Source: Acidimicrobiia bacterium
GTDB lineage: Bacteria > Actinomycetota > Acidimicrobiia > Acidimicrobiales > SZUA-35
Reading direction: 5' to 3'
Assembly: GCA_029863385.1 (NCBI GenBank)
Contig: JAOTVU010000003.1
Coordinates: forward strand, 65-64,064
DNA: 64,000 nt
A program made the position numbers and the translations under genes. A model generated the notes under the pieces. It saw only the letters and a list, made by a program, of their open reading frames with translations, searched no databases and was not told the origin of the DNA. Every line of letters begins with the position of its first letter. The first letter of the stretch is position 1. Below are positions 33,633 through 43,006 of this stretch, in pieces.

Positions 33633-33678
33633 CACCCCAAGGCTAGGCCGCACCAACCAGGGCGGCACGGCTCGCCGT

Positions 33679-34659
33679 CTACCTCGTCGGGAGCGGGGAT
33701 GCCGAGCGGGCCGCGGTCATCCCGGATCGATCGAACCGGCCATCCGGGGAGCGGGGAACCGGCGTGTACCGTTGCCTCAGACGATCAGCGGGAGCAGGCC
33801 GATCCGGGTCGTGGGCATCGTCGAGCACATCGGGTCGGTGGCTGACGGTGTCGGCCAGATCGGTCACCGTCGACGCTGTGGCGATCGGAACCAGTGGCGG
33901 GATCATCGGTACTCGGGTCGGTGTGTGCGCCCGGTCCGCTGTTGGGCGCTCGTCGGTGGCGTCGACCGTGTTCGACCCGCCGGTCGGCCGGCTGGGTGCC
34001 TCGACGGACGTGCGATCCGACAACGATCGCTCGGCCGGCGATCGCTCGGTCGGCGTTGAAGGTTTCGACAGGTCGCGTTCGACGAGACGCCGGTACCGCA
34101 GGCGCCCGAGCCACCCCAGGCTCTGGTTCAGACGATCGCGTTCCTGTTCGAGACTCTTTATTCGGTCGACCATGAACTGGAACTGCTGATCCTCGCTCGA
34201 CAACCGGGTTGTGAGCTCGACCGCCCTGGCCTCCGCCACGGCCTTGTTCCGCCGAGCCTCCTCCAATTCCCGTTGCAGGTCGCCGAGCGACTCGGCCGCA
34301 GCGGCCCGGGCCGCGCGATCGGCTTCGGCCGTCGCCGTCGCCTCACGAAGGCGGCGGAGCAGATCCCGGCTCTCTACCCGGGCCGCCGTAGCCTGGGTCT
34401 TGGCCAGCAAGACGGCGGCCTGGGCCGCCAGCGCATCACCCGAGTAGCGGCTGAGCGCATGCTCGTCGAGCTGATGCTGCAGCGCCGCAAGATCGAGCGT
34501 CCAGCCCTGTTGCTTGGCGACGGTCATCAGCGACATGGTCGGTATCAGCCACTCGCCGTCTCGATCAACCGCTCCGGGGATGGTTCCCTGCTTCGCCAAC
34601 CGACGAACCTGATCATCCGGCACCCCGAGAGCGCGAGCAGCATGTTGTATCGGGAGCAT
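33679..34659 (-). CDS. HTH (MerR/excisionase-like) plus coiled-coil protein, paralog A
   Basis: AARALGV...VRRLAKQGTIPGA...EWLIP, an Ala/Glu/Arg-rich coiled coil, SLGWLGRLRYRR, and a disordered tail. Start may be 34695. Confidence 0.7.
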   Translation of the reverse strand: MLPIQHAARALGVPDDQVRRLAKQGTIPGAVDRDGEWLIPTMSLMTVAKQQGWTLDLAALQHQLDEHALSRYSGDALAAQAAVLLAKTQATAARVESRDLLRRLREATATAEADRAARAAAAESLGDLQRELEEARRNKAVAEARAVELTTRLSSEDQQFQFMVDRIKSLEQERDRLNQSLGWLGRLRYRRLVERDLSKPSTPTERSPAERSLSDRTSVEAPSRPTGGSNTVDATDERPTADRAHTPTRVPMIPPLVPIATASTVTDLADTVSHRPDVLDDAHDPDRPAPADRLRQRYTPVPRSPDGRFDRSGMTAARSASPLPTR

Positions 34660-34857
34660 CTCGCCTCTAGCCACGCAGCGATAGTAGATCCTCATAAGCG
34701 CCTATCCAAGAACCGCGGCAAAACGTAATAAGACGAACGAAAACGCCATGATTTGCGATGAATGTCGAACAAGGTTATTGCTGCTATGTGGCCTTGGCTG
34801 GTGCTGCTTGGAGTATCGGCGGGTCACCGAAGCGGGGTTCGTGTGTGTGCGTGCTGC

Positions 34858-34884
34858 TGCATCCGCGCCGTACCATCCAGCGTA
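34858..34884 (+). promoter_or_regulatory. Candidate ECF sigma promoter
   Basis: TGCATCC-N16-CGTA upstream of the FAD oxidoreductase/DUF1365/CFA operon. Resembles ECF11/SigK-type -35/-10 elements. Confidence 0.35.
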
Positions 34885-34976
34885 ATACCCACCGTCATGG
34901 ACAGTTCCGAGCGACGCATTGCCCTGGAGCGTTCTGTCTCCAGGCTCCGTGGGCGTGTTTGTGGTGCGGTGAACCG

Positions 34977-36245
34977 GTGCGAATAGCCGTCGTCGGATCC
35001 GGAATCGCCGGATTGGCGTGCGCCCACATCCTCGGCCCGCACCACGACGTCGTGCTCTACGAGGCCACGGATCGGTTGGGCGGTCACTCCAACACCGTTG
35101 TCGTCGATGATCCGCAACTCGGCCCGACGGGCATCGACACCGGCTTCATCGTGCACAACGATCGCAACTACCCAAACCTCGTTCGTCTGTTCGCCGAGCT
35201 CGGGATCGAGACCGTCGACAGCGAGATGAGCTTTGCCGTCCGCGATCCCGATGCCGATTTCTACTATCGGGCCACCAACCTCAACACTCTGTTCGCTCAG
35301 CGGCGTCGGCTGGTCGACCCGGCCATGTGGATGATGCTGGCCGACATCGTTCGCTTTCATCGGTCGGGTCGTCGGATGCTGGGGGAGGTCGACAACGGCG
35401 AGACCCGATGGAACGGTCTGACCATCGGTGATCTGCTGGATCGAGGTCGGTATCGTCGCGACTTCGTCGATCGACACCTTGTCCCGATGGGCGCCGCCGT
35501 CTGGTCGACACCACCGAGCCGGTTCCGGGATTTTCCGGCGATCAGCCTTCTCCGGTTTCTCGACAACCACGGCCTGCTGAGCATCGGTGATCGGCCCCAA
35601 TGGCGGACGGTGGCCGGCGGGAGCCGACGCTACGTCTCGGCTATCGAGCAGCGGTTCGATGGATCGGTCCGCCTGGGCTGCCCGGTGCTGGCCGTGACGC
35701 CGTCGAACGGTGGCGTCTCCGTCGTCGACGCAAGCGGCTGTGAATGGTTCGATCAGGTGATCCTGGCCTGCCACAGCGATCAGAGCCTCAGGCTGGTCGC
35801 CGATGGGGCTCCCGAGCTGGCCGGCCTGCTGACCGCCATTCCCTACCAACCAAACCGGGCGACCCTCCACACCGATGTCGGTATCCTGGCGCCCCGGTCC
35901 CGCTCGTGGGCGGCATGGAACTACCGAATCGAGCCCGATGCGGCGGCTTCGACGGTCACCTACGACCTCACGCTGCTGATGCGTCTGGCCACCGACGTTC
36001 GATATCTGGTTACGTTGAACGATACGGACCAGATCAATACCGATCAGATCATTCAAGAGATCGACTACTCGCACCCCGTCTTCGATCATGCGGCGACCGA
36101 GGCTCAAGCGCGGATTCGTGCTCGTAACGGCTCCGATGGGATCTGGCTATGCGGCGCCTGGATGGGCTACGGGTTTCACGAAGACGGCATGCGTTCGGCT
36201 GTCGACGTCTGCCGGCGTCTCGGCGTCCGTTGGGGGTCCCCGTGA
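34977..36245 (+). CDS. FAD-dependent oxidoreductase (NAD/FAD-binding, UfaD-like)
   Basis: VVGSGIAGL, RLGGHSNT, DTGFIVHN.RNYP, WAAWNY and GFHEDG. Confidence 0.9.
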   Translation: MRIAVVGSGIAGLACAHILGPHHDVVLYEATDRLGGHSNTVVVDDPQLGPTGIDTGFIVHNDRNYPNLVRLFAELGIETVDSEMSFAVRDPDADFYYRATNLNTLFAQRRRLVDPAMWMMLADIVRFHRSGRRMLGEVDNGETRWNGLTIGDLLDRGRYRRDFVDRHLVPMGAAVWSTPPSRFRDFPAISLLRFLDNHGLLSIGDRPQWRTVAGGSRRYVSAIEQRFDGSVRLGCPVLAVTPSNGGVSVVDASGCEWFDQVILACHSDQSLRLVADGAPELAGLLTAIPYQPNRATLHTDVGILAPRSRSWAAWNYRIEPDAAASTVTYDLTLLMRLATDVRYLVTLNDTDQINTDQIIQEIDYSHPVFDHAATEAQARIRARNGSDGIWLCGAWMGYGFHEDGMRSAVDVCRRLGVRWGSP

Positions 36246-37060
36246 AACCGGGTCCTCCTGCGCTCTGTCGGGGAACCGTGTCGCATCGTCGGCTCAGTCC
36301 CGCGGCCCATGCCTTCACCCACGACGTCGTCTACGTGTGGTTCGACCCGGATCGGCCCGAGTCGTTGACCGACCGGCACTGGACGTGGTCGACGGGCCGC
36401 TTCCGACCGGCACGAATCGTCGCCGACGACTACGGCTGGCCCGGCGACGAGCCGGTCGCAACGTGGATCGAGGGCCTGTTGCGTCTGGTCGAGCCGGATT
36501 TCGCCGTCGGGGAGGTCCGGTTCCTGACCCAGCCGCGGCGCTGGGGTTGGCTGTTCAATCCGATCTCGCTGTATCTGGTGTGGCCGCCCGGCTCCGACGA
36601 CCGTCCCACCGGTGCCGTTCTGGAAGTCACCAACACCCCGTGGAAGGAGCGGCATCACTACGTGGTGACCTTGGAGAGCGGCGACACGATCGATGCACCG
36701 GAGACAACGGTCGTCGAGGCGACCTTTTCCAAAGATCTCCACGTTTCACCCTTCCTGCCTTCGGCTATGACCTATCACCTGCAGATCTCGGAACGCCCGC
36801 CGGCGTCGGACGGTGCGGGGCCAAGACTGGACATCGCCATTTCCGTATCAGACGAGGCGGGTGACACCGTCCTCGAAACCGGCATGAAGATGGTCCGACA
36901 ACCGGCGACCGGCGAAGGCCTGGTCGGCACCCTGCGTCGGGATGCGTTCCCCACCCACCGAACCAGCGTGGGGATCCACTATCAGGCCGCTCGGCTGCTG
37001 GCCAAAGGCGTCCCCTTCGTCCCCCACCCGAAAAGGAGCAAGAGCCGTGGATCTACTTGA
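36242..37060 (+). CDS. DUF1365 family protein (UfaO-like)
   Basis: GTVSHRR, FNPISLY, EVTNTPWKERH, KDLHVSPF and IHYQA. GTGA overlap with the upstream gene. Confidence 0.9.
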   Translation: MKPGPPALCRGTVSHRRLSPAAHAFTHDVVYVWFDPDRPESLTDRHWTWSTGRFRPARIVADDYGWPGDEPVATWIEGLLRLVEPDFAVGEVRFLTQPRRWGWLFNPISLYLVWPPGSDDRPTGAVLEVTNTPWKERHHYVVTLESGDTIDAPETTVVEATFSKDLHVSPFLPSAMTYHLQISERPPASDGAGPRLDIAISVSDEAGDTVLETGMKMVRQPATGEGLVGTLRRDAFPTHRTSVGIHYQAARLLAKGVPFVPHPKRSKSRGST

Positions 37061-38399
37061 CACCGAACACACGCCCTACCGGATCAGCACGGAAGCCCTC
37101 ATGGCCCGATCGGACCGAACCTCGTGGTCACTCGCGGCGATGCGGGCGGGCCTGGCCGCACGGGTCGTCGAGCGAATGCTCGATCGGATATCGATCGGAC
37201 GGCTGACGGTCGTCGACCATACGACCGGTACCACCACCCACCACGGCGCGTCGGCTGTAACCGCGACGGGGGCGAACGCGACCGACCCCTACGAGGCCAC
37301 GATGGAGATCCACGATCACCGGGCCTGGACGGCGGTTTTGGCCGAGGGCTCGATCGGATTCGGCCGCGGCTACATCGAGGGATGGTGGACGAGTCCGGAC
37401 CCCGTGGCCGTCATTCGCCTCGTCATCGCCAACATTCGTCCGGTCGACGAGATCCGCAATCGGATCAGTCGCGTCGTCGCCCCCGTGTCGGATCGAATCC
37501 GTCGTGTGCTCCCTCGATCGGGGCGGCAGGGTAACAAGGAACAGATCTCGGCTCACTACGACCTCGGCAATCATTTCTTCGCCCTGTTCCTCGACGAGAC
37601 GATGACGTACTCGTCGGCCGTGTTCCCCCGGCCCGATGCGACGCTCGAGGAGGCCAGCCTGCACAAGTACGACATGGTGATCGACGCGCTCGGGCTGAAC
37701 GAGGATCACCATTTGCTCGAGATCGGTACCGGCTGGGGTGGCATGGCGATCCGGGCCGCGGAGCGGACCGGCTGCCGGGTCACGACCACCACGATCTCCG
37801 ACGAGCAGCTGCGGCTGGCCCGCAAACGGATCGCCGATGCCGGATTGACCGATCGCGTCACGGTGATCGACAGCGACTGGCGTGATCTGAGCGGCTCCTA
37901 CGACCGGGTGGTGTCGGTCGAGATGATCGAGGCGGTCGACTGGCGTGACTACCGGCGATTCTTCAGCACCATCGAGGCCTGCCTCAAACCCGACGGTGTG
38001 GCCGTTCTCCAGGCCATCTGCGTCCCGGACCGTCGCTACCAGCGGACCAAGAACACCGAGGACTTCATCGCCCGTTTCGTCTTTCCCGGCGGTTACCTGC
38101 CGTCGATCGGTGCCGTACTCGACGCCGTGTCATCGGCCACCCGACTGCAGCTTGTCGCGCTCAACGACTTCTCCGCCCACTACGCAGAGACCTTGCGGCG
38201 CTGGCGTGAGCGTTTCGAGGAACACCAGGCCGATCTGGACGGACTCGGTCTCGATGAGCGCTTTCACCGCCTGTGGCGCTTCTACCTCTGCTACTGCGAG
38301 GCCGGCTTCCTGGAACGGCACTGCACCGTGAATCACATCTCGTTGGTCGGAGCGGAATGGCGACCGTCACTGTCCCGGGTCCCGACCGTCGCCCGCTAG
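37047..38399 (+). CDS. Cyclopropane-fatty-acyl-phospholipid synthase family SAM methyltransferase
   Basis: HYDLGN, MTYSSA, LEIGTGWG, SVEMIEAV, FPGGYLP and FYLCYCEAGF. Confidence 0.93.
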   Translation: MDLLDTEHTPYRISTEALMARSDRTSWSLAAMRAGLAARVVERMLDRISIGRLTVVDHTTGTTTHHGASAVTATGANATDPYEATMEIHDHRAWTAVLAEGSIGFGRGYIEGWWTSPDPVAVIRLVIANIRPVDEIRNRISRVVAPVSDRIRRVLPRSGRQGNKEQISAHYDLGNHFFALFLDETMTYSSAVFPRPDATLEEASLHKYDMVIDALGLNEDHHLLEIGTGWGGMAIRAAERTGCRVTTTTISDEQLRLARKRIADAGLTDRVTVIDSDWRDLSGSYDRVVSVEMIEAVDWRDYRRFFSTIEACLKPDGVAVLQAICVPDRRYQRTKNTEDFIARFVFPGGYLPSIGAVLDAVSSATRLQLVALNDFSAHYAETLRRWRERFEEHQADLDGLGLDERFHRLWRFYLCYCEAGFLERHCTVNHISLVGAEWRPSLSRVPTVAR

Positions 38400-38582
38400 T
38401 CGCGACGAGCGGCCGAGCTCGTAGCCCGGCCGCTCTGCGTGGTCACCACCCGAAACCTGAACGCCAGGCTACGACAGAGCTTGCCGTTGATCCAGCGTTC
38501 GGGATCGTCTCCTTACGCCGGTTGGACTTCTAGCCTAGGGGTGGCCCCTGGTGCCGGGTAAAACTGCCCGGCTGCGACTGCT

Positions 38583-39494
38583 GTGTCGACACCTATCCCG
38601 GTTTCGACCGATCCAGACCCCCCGATGACGATCGAACCCTGCTCCCTGCCTTCCCATCCACGACCCGACCCCGCTTTGATCGACACGGCCCGGCCGATCG
38701 GCATGTTCGACAGCGGATTCGGCGGCCTCACGGTCGCCCGGGCGATCATCGACCTGCTTCCCAGCGAGGATCTCGTCTACCTCGGCGACACCGCCCGGTA
38801 TCCCTACGGATCGCGCTCGCTCAACGAGGTTCGGGCCTACTCGGTCGAGATCGCCGAGCACCTGGTGTCGACCTACGACGTCAAGCTGCTGGTGGTGGCC
38901 TGCAACACCGCCACCGCCGCCGCCCTCGCCCTGCTGCAGGACACGCTGCCGATCCCTGTGATCGGGGTGATCGACCCCGGGGTGCGTGCGCTCGTCGAGG
39001 CATCCGAATCCGGTCGCATGGGCGTCATCGGCACCGTTGGCACCGTGTCGTCCGGAGCCTACGACAAGGCTGTCGCCGCGCTCGACGCCGATGTCGATCT
39101 GATTTCGCTGGCCTGTCCGGGCTTCGTCGAATTCGTCGAGCGGGGTGTGACCAGCGGGCCCGAGGTGACGCTGCTGGCCCGCCGCCTCCTGGCGCCCCTC
39201 CTGGAATCGAACATCGACGCGCTGCTGCTCGGCTGCACGCACTATCCGTACCTGGCTCGGGTCATCGCCGATGTGGTCGGTCGGGGGGTGGTGCTGGTGT
39301 CGTCGGCCGACGAGACCGCCTTCGCGCTGGCCGACATGCTCAAGCGCAACGGGCTGGCCCACCCGGACGGCTCCCGGGAGGGGCGACACGAGTTCGTCTC
39401 CTCCGGTGATGTCCGGTCGTTCACCCGACTGGGCAGCCGGCTCCTCGGGCCCGAGCTGGTTGACGCCACGTTGTGGCGGCCCGGCCAGCCTTAG
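38583..39494 (+). CDS. murI: Glutamate racemase
   Basis: [20 protein letters not shown] and LGCTHYP. Start uncertain. Confidence 0.96.
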   Translation: MSTPIPVSTDPDPPMTIEPCSLPSHPRPDPALIDTARPIGMFDSGFGGLTVARAIIDLLPSEDLVYLGDTARYPYGSRSLNEVRAYSVEIAEHLVSTYDVKLLVVACNTATAAALALLQDTLPIPVIGVIDPGVRALVEASESGRMGVIGTVGTVSSGAYDKAVAALDADVDLISLACPGFVEFVERGVTSGPEVTLLARRLLAPLLESNIDALLLGCTHYPYLARVIADVVGRGVVLVSSADETAFALADMLKRNGLAHPDGSREGRHEFVSSGDVRSFTRLGSRLLGPELVDATLWRPGQP

Positions 39495-39570
39495 AGGCCG
39501 AGCCGGCCACGACCCGACCCCTCACGGCCTATGCTCCAACGGGCACAACGACGACGGGAGAACCCAGATC

Positions 39571-40299
39571 ATGAGACCAGACGGCAGAGCCAACGACGAG
39601 CTGCGACCGGTGCTATTCCAACGCGACTTCACCGACATGGCCGACGGCTCGGTGCTCGTCGAATTCGGACGGACCCGGGTGTTGTGCACGGCCTCGATCG
39701 AAACCGATGTGCCCCGGTGGCTCCGTGACAGCGGAAAGGGCTGGGTCACCGCCGAGTATTCGATGCTGCCGGGGTCGAGCCCGGAACGGATCCGTCGTCG
39801 GGTCTCCGGTCGTGACCAGGAGATCCAGCGGCTGATCGGGCGAAGCCTCCGTGCCGTATGCGACCTGACATTGCTCGGAGAGCGGTCGATCACCGTCGAC
39901 TGCGATGTTCTGCAAGCCGATGGCGGCACCAGGACCGCCGCGATCTGCGGCGGCTTCGTCGCCCTTCACGATGCGCTGACCCGCGTGATGGCGGCCGGTG
40001 GGTTGTCGGCTCACCCACTCACCGACCACTGCGCTGCGGTCAGTGTCGGCATCGTCGACGACGAGTGTCGCCTCGACCTCCCCTACGTCGAGGACTCGAC
40101 CGCCGAGGTCGACATGAACGTGGTGATGAGCGGATCCGGAGGATTCATCGAGGTCCAGGGCACTGCCGAGGGTCGGGTGTTCGATCGTGATCAGCTCACC
40201 ACGCTCATCGACCTGGCGGCGGCCGGCATCGCCGATATCGTCGAGCAGCAGAAGGCCGTGATAGCCACGGCCCCGCCCCCTCGGCCCCGGGAATCCTGA
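39571..40299 (+). CDS. rph: Ribonuclease PH
   Basis: [41 protein letters not shown] and EVQGTAEG. Confidence 0.96.
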   Translation: MRPDGRANDELRPVLFQRDFTDMADGSVLVEFGRTRVLCTASIETDVPRWLRDSGKGWVTAEYSMLPGSSPERIRRRVSGRDQEIQRLIGRSLRAVCDLTLLGERSITVDCDVLQADGGTRTAAICGGFVALHDALTRVMAAGGLSAHPLTDHCAAVSVGIVDDECRLDLPYVEDSTAEVDMNVVMSGSGGFIEVQGTAEGRVFDRDQLTTLIDLAAAGIADIVEQQKAVIATAPPPRPRES

Positions 40300-40328
40300 A
40301 CGCGGACCGAGCGCATCGTGATTGCGCC

Positions 40329-40958
40329 GTGAGCGAACGTCCTCTGCTGGTCCTGGCCACACAGAACCCGGGCAAGGTCCGGGAACTCACCGTCGTGCTC
40401 GGTGACCACTTCACCGTCGCACCCCGCCCGGCTGATCTGGCCGAGACGATCGAGGACGGCGACACGCTGGTCGCCAACTCGATGAAGAAAGCGGCCGAGG
40501 TGGCTGATCACACCGGGGCCATGGCGCTCGCCGACGACACGGGGCTGTTCGTCAACGCGCTCGGCGGCCGGCCTGGTGTCCACAGTGCTCGATATGCCGG
40601 TCCCGACGGTGACAGCGAGGCCAACCGGGCGAAGATGCTGTCCGAGCTCGACGGCATCACCGACCGGAGGGCGTACTTCGAGACGATCATCGTCGTTCGA
40701 TTCGGGCCCTCACCACCGTCGTGGCCCGAACTCCCCGAGCCGCTGCGTCGAGGCGTGCCGGTGATCGGCTGGGGGCGCGTCAACGGCACGATCACCGACG
40801 AACCACGAGGAGAGGGGGGCTTCGGGTATGACCCGATCTTCCAGCCCGACGAAGGGAGCGGGGCCACCTTCGGCGAGATGAGCCTGGCCGACAAGCAGGC
40901 CATCAGCCATCGAGGACGGGCGCTGGTCGACATGCAGCGTATTCTGGGCCTCCGGTAG
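40329..40958 (+). CDS. rdgB: Non-canonical purine NTP pyrophosphatase (RdgB/HAM1)
   Basis: ATQNPGK, ADDTGL, PGVHSARYAG, GFGYDPIF and SHRGRA. Confidence 0.95.
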   Translation: MSERPLLVLATQNPGKVRELTVVLGDHFTVAPRPADLAETIEDGDTLVANSMKKAAEVADHTGAMALADDTGLFVNALGGRPGVHSARYAGPDGDSEANRAKMLSELDGITDRRAYFETIIVVRFGPSPPSWPELPEPLRRGVPVIGWGRVNGTITDEPRGEGGFGYDPIFQPDEGSGATFGEMSLADKQAISHRGRALVDMQRILGLR

Positions 40959-40973
40959 GCCGGTCTGGACGGG

Positions 40974-41057
40974 TGCGGACGGGGGGAGTCGAACCCCCAA
41001 GCCCGTGAGGGCGCCAGGACCTAAACCTGGTGCGTCTGCCAGTTCCGCCACGTCCGC
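40974..41057 (-). tRNA. tRNA-Leu (anticodon TAG)
   Basis: GCGGACG acceptor stem, TGGCGGAACTGGCAGACGC D-arm, CCAGG-TTTAGGT-CCTGG anticodon arm, long variable arm and GGGGGTTCGACTCCCCC T-arm. CCA is not encoded. Confidence 0.96.
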
Positions 41058-41114
41058 AGAACGTGTGTGGATGGGTGCCACCGTAGCCGATGCATCGGCG
41101 GTAGCCTGACCATT

Positions 41115-41723
41115 ATGACAAGTCCTGTTCTGCTGCCAACCGCCGAAACGCCGAGCTCCAGCTTCGGTTTTGACATCTTCCAGCAGCTGCTCAAGCAACG
41201 CATCGTCTTCCTTGGGCAGCAGGTCGATGACAACATCGCCAACGCCCTCGCCGCCCAGATTCTCTACCTGGCCGGCCAGGACAACGACAAGGACATCTGG
41301 GTCTACATCAACTCCCCGGGTGGCTCGGTCACCGCCGGCATGGCCATCTACGACACCATGCAGTTCGTGAAACCAGATGTGGCCACCGTGTGCCTCGGTC
41401 TCGGCGCCTCGATGGGCCAGTTCCTGCTCACGGCCGGCGCCCCCGGCAAGCGCTACGCACTTCCCCACGCCCGGATCCTGATGCACCAGCCGAGTGCCGG
41501 CGTGCAGGGTCAGGCGGCCGACATCGCCATCCAGGCCGAGAACCTGATCAACATCAAGAAGGAGATGGCTCAGCTGATCGCCGATCACTCGGGCCAGGAG
41601 CTCGAGACGATCATCGAGGACTCCGACCGTGACAAGTGGTTCACGGCCAACGAGGCGAAAGACTACGGTCTCCTCGACCACGTGATCACCCGGTCCGGCG
41701 AGCTCGCCGGCGGCGACGGCTGA
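41115..41723 (+). CDS. clpP: ATP-dependent Clp protease proteolytic subunit
   Basis: YINSPGGSV, ASMG catalytic Ser, MHQP and DRD triad motifs. Confidence 0.97.
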   Translation: MTSPVLLPTAETPSSSFGFDIFQQLLKQRIVFLGQQVDDNIANALAAQILYLAGQDNDKDIWVYINSPGGSVTAGMAIYDTMQFVKPDVATVCLGLGASMGQFLLTAGAPGKRYALPHARILMHQPSAGVQGQAADIAIQAENLINIKKEMAQLIADHSGQELETIIEDSDRDKWFTANEAKDYGLLDHVITRSGELAGGDG

Positions 41724-41752
41724 CCGTCCCGCCGGACCGTCGAACGTCTCCG

Positions 41753-43006
41753 ATGGCGTCGCCCGATCACGCCGACGGCGCCGCCGGGTTCGCCGCGCCC
41801 TATGACGCACCGTTCACCCTGGTCGTGGACCGGGTGGCGACCGGCGGAGCCGCACTCGGTTCCGGTCCGGACGGGCGGGTGGTCTTCGCCCACGGTGCGG
41901 TCCCCGGCGAGGAGCTGACCGCAGAGGCCACGACGGTTCATCGCTCCCGGGTCGAAGCCCGCCCCGTCGAGATCCTTCGGGCGTCACCCGACCGGGTGGA
42001 CCCACCGTGCCGCCACGCACGACCGGACGGCGCCTGGGGAGGCGCCTGCGGCGGTTGCGACTGGCAGTACATCGCCGTTGAACGTCAACGGGCGCTGAGG
42101 GTCGAGATCGTCGAGGACTGCCTGAGGCGCCTGGCCCGCCTCGACCCGCTGCCACCGGTCCGGTCCGGGCCCGAACTGCCCGCTGACGGCTACCGCACCA
42201 CCGTGCGGGCCGTCGTGTCGGGAGGGCGGGCCGGCTACCGGAGACGGCGCTCGCATGAGCCGCTGGTCGTCGACGAGTGCGTCATCGCCCATCCCCGGGT
42301 CTCCGAGCTGCTGATCGACGGCCGCTTCGGTCCGTCGGCCACCGAGGTCGTGATCCGGGTTGGGGCCAACAGCGGTGAACGGATGGTCGTGATCGACCCG
42401 GCGGCCGAGGGGGTCGTCGTGCCCGATGATGTCGTGGTGGTCGGACGCAACGAGCTGACCGCCGGCCGCCGACCCCACATCCACGAGGAACTCGGTGGGC
42501 TGCGTCTCCAGATCTCGGCCGACTCCTTCTTCCAGTGTCGGCCGGACGGGGCGCTGGCCATGGCCCGCGTCGTCGGTGATCTGCTGGCTCCCTTCGAGGG
42601 CCCGATGCTCGACGCCTACTGCGGTGTGGGGCTCTTCGGCGCCCTGGCCGCCGTCGGCCGGCCGGTGATCGGCGTCGAGTCGAACCCGTCGGCCGCCGCC
42701 GACGCCCGCTGGAATCTTCGTCCGCACGGGCGGGTGGTGGAGTCAACGGTCGAACGCTGGGAACCCGAGCCGGTGGGGGTCGTCGTCGCCGATCCCGCTC
42801 GAACCGGTCTCAAGGCGGCTGCCTGTGACCGCCTGGTGGCCACCGGCGCGGCCGCCATCGCGCTGGTCAGCTGCGATCCGGCATCACTGGCCCGCGACAC
42901 GATGCTGCTGGGCGACAGGGGCTTCGGACTGGAGTCGGTCACCGTGCTCGACCTGTTCGGGCACACCTCACACATCGAGACGATCTCGCTGTTCGCCCGT
43001 TTTTGA
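41753..43006 (+). CDS. TRAM-domain RNA (uracil-5)-methyltransferase, RlmD/TrmA family
   Basis: GRVVF...PGE TRAM domain, C..CGGC Fe-S motif, SFFQ, DAYCGVG, SCDP and HIE. Confidence 0.9.
   Translation: MASPDHADGAAGFAAPYDAPFTLVVDRVATGGAALGSGPDGRVVFAHGAVPGEELTAEATTVHRSRVEARPVEILRASPDRVDPPCRHARPDGAWGGACGGCDWQYIAVERQRALRVEIVEDCLRRLARLDPLPPVRSGPELPADGYRTTVRAVVSGGRAGYRRRRSHEPLVVDECVIAHPRVSELLIDGRFGPSATEVVIRVGANSGERMVVIDPAAEGVVVPDDVVVVGRNELTAGRRPHIHEELGGLRLQISADSFFQCRPDGALAMARVVGDLLAPFEGPMLDAYCGVGLFGALAAVGRPVIGVESNPSAAADARWNLRPHGRVVESTVERWEPEPVGVVVADPARTGLKAAACDRLVATGAAAIALVSCDPASLARDTMLLGDRGFGLESVTVLDLFGHTSHIETISLFARF

Noticed and set aside
40959-41114. Integrative element at tRNA-Leu
   Set aside because: No integrase or duplicated tRNA 3' end was seen. 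The flanks are the housekeeping genes rdgB and clpP.
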